DNA of 29,606 nucleotides from Clostridia bacterium (GTDB lineage Bacteria; Bacillota; Clostridia; Christensenellales; Aristaeellaceae): contig JAZRWA010000115.1 of the NCBI GenBank assembly GCA_045599485.1, positions 1-29,606 on the forward strand, read 5' to 3'. Below are positions 25,636 to 29,606 of the stretch, one piece after another (the first letter of the stretch is position 1; each line of letters opens with the position of its first letter). The notes beneath the pieces are model-generated. The model searched no databases. It was not told the DNA's origin and saw only the letters and a program-made list of their open reading frames with translations. A program made the translations under genes and the position numbers.

Positions 25636-26241
25636 CTATTGCCGGGTGGTATGCCCGTCCGCCGGGCAGGGATTCTTGATGACCGGCAGGCCGAACTTGC
25701 GGGCAATGTGGATCACGTCCTTTTCGGGCGTATAGATCATGGGGCGGATGACGTCGATCCTGGGGTCATCCATGTGCGTCACCGGCGCAAAGGTGTACAG
25801 CCTGGCCTCGTGCAGCAGGCTCATGAGCAGCGTTTCCTCCGCGTCTTCCCGGTGATGCCCCAGCGCCAGCTTGGTGCAGTGAAGCTCCGCCGCCATGCGC
25901 AGCAGCGCCCCACGGCGAATGCGCGCGCACAGGGCGCAGGGGTGCGTTTCTCTGCGCACCTCAAACAGCTGATAAAACAGGTCGCTTTCCTGCACGTGAT
26001 ATTCCACGCCCAACTCCTTACACAACTGTTTGACAGGTGTTGTATCAAATGGCTCGCCGGGCTTCAGGGTAATGCCCACCACCTCAAAGGGCTTTGCGGC
26101 AAAACGCGAATAGACCGCCAGCGCGCGCAGCAGCACCAGGCTGTCCTTGCCGCCCGATACGCCCACCGCCACACGGTCCCCCCGATGGATCATGTCAAAA
26201 TCCGTATCCGCCCTGCGGATATCTCCAAGCAGCCGCTTCAT
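25636..26241 (-). CDS. TtcA-like PP-loop ATP pyrophosphatase (tRNA thiolation family), as delimited by TAG under the standard code (201 aa; 240 aa if TAG is decoded)
   Basis: PP-loop VGVSGGKDS, Cys ligands PCALCARIRRG and NPCPADG. ATG 26241 lies 5 nt after GGAGGGGG. It is the only ORF in the window ending in TAG. Confidence 0.82.
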   Translation of the reverse strand: MKRLLGDIRRADTDFDMIHRGDRVAVGVSGGKDSLVLLRALAVYSRFAAKPFEVVGITLKPGEPFDTTPVKQLCKELGVEYHVQESDLFYQLFEVRRETHPCALCARIRRGALLRMAAELHCTKLALGHHREDAEETLLMSLLHEARLYTFAPVTHMDDPRIDVIRPMIYTPEKDVIHIARKFGLPVIKNPCPADGHTTRQ

Positions 26242-26263
26242 AGCCCCCTCCTTTGGTCGTCCT

Positions 26264-26292
26264 ATTATATCATAAAACAGGAAGCCTTGGAA
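26264..26292 (-). promoter_or_regulatory. Candidate promoter for the ttcA-like / recD2 operon
   Basis: Minus strand TTCCAA (weak -35), 17 nt, TGATATAAT (extended -10). Confidence 0.4.
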
Positions 26293-26348
26293 ACCACGGT
26301 TTTTTTCCTGTTTCGGCGCCTTTTTTGCATTTTGGCAGCTTGTTGCGC

Positions 26349-26377
26349 TTGTGAAAAGCTCCCGGGATGTGTATAAT
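26349..26377 (+). promoter_or_regulatory. Candidate promoter for the phosphoglucomutase gene
   Basis: TTGTGA (26349-26354), 17 nt, TATAAT (26372-26377). Confidence 0.5.
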
Positions 26378-26414
26378 AAAATCACGCAAATTCTTTTTGA
26401 AAGGATCTGAGAAC

Positions 26415-28103
26415 ATGCAGCAGAATATCGCTGAACTTTATACCCGCTGGTGCAAGCAGGCTGCCGACGCCGAGATGCAGGCGCAGCTGAAGGCCATGGA
26501 CGGCAACGAAGCCGCCATTGAGGATGCCTTCTACCGTGAACTGGAATTCGGCACCGCCGGCCTTCGCGGCGTCATCGGCGCGGGCACCAACCGCATGAAT
26601 CTGTACACCGTGGCCAAGGCGAGCCAGGGTCTGGCCAACTATGTGGTCGCCCACTATGCCCCCGAAGCCCGCAGCATCGCCATCAGCTACGACAGCCGCA
26701 TCAAGTCCGATCTGTTCAGCCAGATCAGCGCGGGCGTGTTTGCCGCCAACGGCATCCGCGTGTACATTTATCCCGTGCTGATGCCCACCCCCTGCCTGAG
26801 CTACGCCGTCCGCGCGCTGGGCTGCGCCGCCGGCATCATGGTCACCGCCAGCCACAACCCCAGCAAGTACAACGGCTACAAGGTGTACGGCGCCGACGGC
26901 TGCCAGATCACCACCGAAGCCGCCGAGGAAATCCTGGGTGAGATCGAAAAGATCGACATTTTTGACGATGTCAAGCGCATCGCGTTTGAAGACGGCCTCC
27001 GGAACGGCTCCGTCAGCTACATCGACGATCAGGTGTACACCGACTTTGTCGAGGAAGTCAAAAAGCAGTCCCTGCTGGGCGGCGCCGCGGTGGATAAGAA
27101 TGTGGCCATCGTCTACTCTCCCCTGAACGGCACCGGCCTCAAGCCCGTGACCCGTACCCTGCAGGAGACCGGCTACACCAACATCACCGTCGTCAAGGAG
27201 CAGGAGCTGCCCGACGGCAACTTCCCCACCTGCCCCTATCCGAACCCCGAGATCCGCGAAGCCATGCAGCTGGGCATGGAATACGCCGCCAGGAACAACG
27301 CCGACCTGCTGCTGGCCACCGACCCCGACTGCGACCGTGTCGGCATTGCCGTCAAGAACGCCGCCGGCGAATATGTGCTCTTCACCGGCAACGAGACCGG
27401 CGTGCTGCTGCTGGATTACATCTGCTCCCGCCGTCAGGCGCTGGGCATCATGCCCAAGGACCCTGTGCTGGTCAAGACCATCGTGACCACCGACCTGGCC
27501 GCCGCCGTGGCCGCCAGCTACGGTGTGGAGACCCGTGACATCCTGACCGGCTTCAAGTACATTGGCGAGCAGATCGGTCTGCTCGAAAAGGAAGGCCACC
27601 CCGAGCGCTACATCTTCGGCTTCGAAGAGAGCTACGGCTACCTGTCCGGCACCTACTGCCGCGACAAAGATGCCGTCGACGCCGCCTTCCTCATCTGCGA
27701 AATGTTCGCCTGGTACAAGACCCAGGGCATCAGCCTGATCGATAAGCTGAACGAGATCTATGCCAAGTTCGGCTATTGCCTCAACGTGACCAAGTCCTAC
27801 GCCTTTGACGGCTCCGCCGGTTTTGAAAAGATGAAAGCCATCATGGCCGCCTTCCGCGCCGGTGTGGAAAGCTTTGCCGGCCGCAAGGTCGAAAAGTGCC
27901 TGGACTACGGCCCCGGCCTCAACGGTCTGCCCAAGGCCGAGGTGCTCAAGTTCCTGCTGGAAGGCAGCTGCAGCATCGTCATCCGCCCCTCCGGCACCGA
28001 GCCCAAGATGAAGGCCTACATCACCGTGCAGGCCAAGGACCGTGCCGCCGCCGAAGTCATCGAAAAGCAGCTGGAAGAGTCCCTCAAGGCCTTCTTCGCC
28101 TGA
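26415..28103 (+). CDS. Phosphoglucomutase / phosphomannomutase (alpha-D-phosphohexomutase superfamily, 562 aa)
   Basis: Active-site loop TASHNPSKYNGYK, metal loop TDPDCDRVG, sugar loop GFEESYG. ATG 26415 lies 9 nt after GAAAGGA. Confidence 0.9.
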   Translation: MQQNIAELYTRWCKQAADAEMQAQLKAMDGNEAAIEDAFYRELEFGTAGLRGVIGAGTNRMNLYTVAKASQGLANYVVAHYAPEARSIAISYDSRIKSDLFSQISAGVFAANGIRVYIYPVLMPTPCLSYAVRALGCAAGIMVTASHNPSKYNGYKVYGADGCQITTEAAEEILGEIEKIDIFDDVKRIAFEDGLRNGSVSYIDDQVYTDFVEEVKKQSLLGGAAVDKNVAIVYSPLNGTGLKPVTRTLQETGYTNITVVKEQELPDGNFPTCPYPNPEIREAMQLGMEYAARNNADLLLATDPDCDRVGIAVKNAAGEYVLFTGNETGVLLLDYICSRRQALGIMPKDPVLVKTIVTTDLAAAVAASYGVETRDILTGFKYIGEQIGLLEKEGHPERYIFGFEESYGYLSGTYCRDKDAVDAAFLICEMFAWYKTQGISLIDKLNEIYAKFGYCLNVTKSYAFDGSAGFEKMKAIMAAFRAGVESFAGRKVEKCLDYGPGLNGLPKAEVLKFLLEGSCSIVIRPSGTEPKMKAYITVQAKDRAAAEVIEKQLEESLKAFFA

Positions 28104-28119
28104 TCTTTACCGGTTCACA

Positions 28120-28168
28120 GGGGTTTCGCCGTCCAAACAGGAGGGCGAGACCCCTTTTTCTTTTTTTT
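28120..28168 (+). terminator. Rho-independent terminator after the phosphoglucomutase gene
   Basis: Stem ggggtttcgcc/ggcgagacccc followed by tttttctttttttt. Confidence 0.8.
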
Positions 28169-28174
28169 CCTATC

Positions 28175-28183
28175 TGTTATAAT
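28175..28183 (+). promoter_or_regulatory. Extended -10 promoter element for the CDF transporter gene
   Basis: TGTTATAAT (TGn + TATAAT). No convincing -35. Confidence 0.4.
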
Positions 28184-28238
28184 GAATCGATAATAAACCG
28201 ATCCCTTTCGTCGGCGTTCCCAAAGGAGTATTTTTCCC

Positions 28239-29375
28239 ATGCGTTTTCTCTGCAAGCTTTTCCGTCAGGATCCCGATTCCCGTGAGGGCGTCATCTCCGC
28301 CACTTCGGGTCTTGGCATCGCGGTCAATGTCGTGCTCGCCCTGGTCAAGGTCATCATCGGCATGATGACGTCCTCCATCGCCATCATTTCCGAAGGCGCC
28401 AATGTCGCCTCCGATTCGCTCTCCTCCCTGCTCACGCTCATCGGCACCAAGCTGGCGGCCCGTCACCCCGATGCCAAGCATCCCTTCGGCTACGGCCGCA
28501 TCGAGTACCTTGCCAGCCTGATCATTTCCGTCATGATCCTTGTCACCGGTCTTGAAATGTTCATCAGCTCCGTCAAGCTGATCTTCCATCCCGAAGAAAT
28601 GAACATCTCCGCCCTCATCATCATGCTGGTCGCGCTGACGGCGGTGGTCAAGTTCTGTCTGGGCGTATACACCATGAAGGTCGGCAAGTCGGTCTCCTCC
28701 GGCGCCCTTGTCGGCATGGGTCTGGACAGCCGCAACGACGCCTTTGCCTCTCTGATCACCATTGTTGCCTCTCTGGTCTATCTGATCTTCCACATCTCGC
28801 TGGATGCCTACGCCGGCATCATCATCTCCGCCATGATCCTCAAATCCGGCATCGGTCTGCTCAGGGATACCGTATCCGACCTGCTGGGCCGCCCCGGCGA
28901 GCACGAGCTGGCCGTCAAATTGTACCACGAGATCCGCAGCACCGAGGGCATCCTGTCCGCCGCGGATATGATGCTGCACAACTACGGCCCCGATGCCTGG
29001 TCCGGCTCTGTCAATGTGGAGATCGACAGCACCAAAACAGTGGGCGATATCTACAGCTTCCTGCACGCGCTGCAGCTGCGCATCATGCACGAATACCACG
29101 TCACCATGGTGTTCGGCGTGTACGCGGTGGACCGCACCTCGCCCGAAAGCAAGCTGCTCGGGCGGCAGATCGGCACCTTTGTCAAGGAACACGCCCCCAT
29201 CAAGAGCTTCCATGCCGTGTATCTGGACGAGGCCAACAAGAAGCTGTACTTTGATATCATTGTGGATTATTCCCTGCACGACTGGCAGCCCCTGCGTGAG
29301 GAGCTGACAGCGTATATGCACGGTCTCTACCCCGATTATGACCTGCAGCTGACCATCGAGACCGAATTTGTGTAA
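28239..29375 (+). CDS. Cation diffusion facilitator (CDF) family metal efflux transporter (378 aa)
   Basis: Six predicted TM segments. CDF signature region SDSLSSLLTLIGTKLAARHPDAKHPFGYGRIEY. C-terminal cytoplasmic domain. RBS AAGGAG. Confidence 0.85.
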   Translation: MRFLCKLFRQDPDSREGVISATSGLGIAVNVVLALVKVIIGMMTSSIAIISEGANVASDSLSSLLTLIGTKLAARHPDAKHPFGYGRIEYLASLIISVMILVTGLEMFISSVKLIFHPEEMNISALIIMLVALTAVVKFCLGVYTMKVGKSVSSGALVGMGLDSRNDAFASLITIVASLVYLIFHISLDAYAGIIISAMILKSGIGLLRDTVSDLLGRPGEHELAVKLYHEIRSTEGILSAADMMLHNYGPDAWSGSVNVEIDSTKTVGDIYSFLHALQLRIMHEYHVTMVFGVYAVDRTSPESKLLGRQIGTFVKEHAPIKSFHAVYLDEANKKLYFDIIVDYSLHDWQPLREELTAYMHGLYPDYDLQLTIETEFV

Positions 29376-29422
29376 ACCAAAAGCACTCTTGCACAGCAAA
29401 CATCGCAAGAGTGCTTTTGGTT
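29375..29422 (+). terminator. Long perfect hairpin (18-bp stem) at the CDF gene stop
   Basis: aaccaaaagcactcttgc / gcaagagtgcttttggtt with a 12-nt loop. Only a weak T-tract follows (ttattg). Confidence 0.55.
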
Positions 29423-29435
29423 ATTGATCCATCTT

Positions 29436-29501
29436 GCCCTTTCTCAGAGGGGGTCATAGGGGGGAATCCTGCTTTCCGGCATCGGAAAGCGGGATTCCCC
29501 C
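29436..29501 (+). repeat. Conserved structured intergenic element, copy C
   Basis: gccctttctcagagggggtcatag + gggggaatcc-tg-ctttccg-gcat-cggaaag-cg-ggattccccc. Confidence 0.7.
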
Positions 29502-29528
29502 TGTCGTTTCTGTCGTTTTCCCGTACGC

Positions 29529-29606
29529 TCACTCCACCGTCATCAATGTCACGGCGTCCACGCCCTCCACGGCGCGCAGGCGGCCGATGGCCTGCTCCAT
29601 GGTGCA
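29529..29606 (-). CDS. 3' end of an unidentified minus-strand gene (partial; ...CTMEQAIGRLRAVEGVDAVTLMTVE*)
   Basis: Minus frame is open from the window edge to TGA (29531-29529). Coding-like codon usage. No family call. Confidence 0.35.
   Translation of the reverse strand, partial: CTMEQAIGRLRAVEGVDAVTLMTVE

Noticed and set aside
1-29606. Mobile element, prophage, defence island, toxin-antitoxin system or biosynthetic gene cluster
   Set aside because: There is no integrase, transposase, recombinase, phage structural gene, restriction/Cas/abortive-infection hallmark, tRNA attachment site, or compositional break visible. Gene content is housekeeping, apart from the apbE / multi-FMN module.

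Overview
Densely coding, high-GC (roughly 60% by eye) chromosomal segment. Gene content looks Clostridia/Oscillospiraceae-like, but that taxonomy is inference only. It holds 22 complete and 2 partial protein genes. I found no rRNA, tRNA, CRISPR array, transposase, integrase or phage genes.

Gene order, left to right:
- polar amino-acid ABC transporter operon (ATPase, binding protein, two permeases)
- HDIG phosphohydrolase
- GT2 glycosyltransferase
- minus-strand serC-serA and pgk-tpiA-yhbY units
- apbE plus a 1150-aa membrane-anchored protein with nine RnfG/NqrC-type FMN_bind flavinylation domains
- mfd
- a DUF3783-like gene
- DUF1292 plus a phosphodiester glycosidase
- a secreted C69 dipeptidase
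- a TtcA-like PP-loop ATPase plus recD2
- phosphoglucomutase
- a CDF transporter

Three observations stand out.
1. Two conserved genes (mfd and the ttcA-like gene) each carry one in-frame TAG. After each TAG the same frame stays open and continues into the expected remainder of the protein. None of the 24 gene ends in the window uses TAG (15 TGA, 9 TAA). This fits amber suppression or reassignment in the host. Two nonsense lesions or base-call errors would also fit, and I cannot tell these apart from one window.
2. The ApbE plus nine-FMN-domain locus looks like an extracytosolic multi-flavin electron conduit. Its five distal domains are a recent in-frame tandem amplification, and they carry an invariant Cys next to the flavinylated Thr.
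3. A conserved family of structured palindromic elements sits at gene 3' ends, mostly between convergent genes.

All homology calls come from motifs recognised by eye. No database search was possible.
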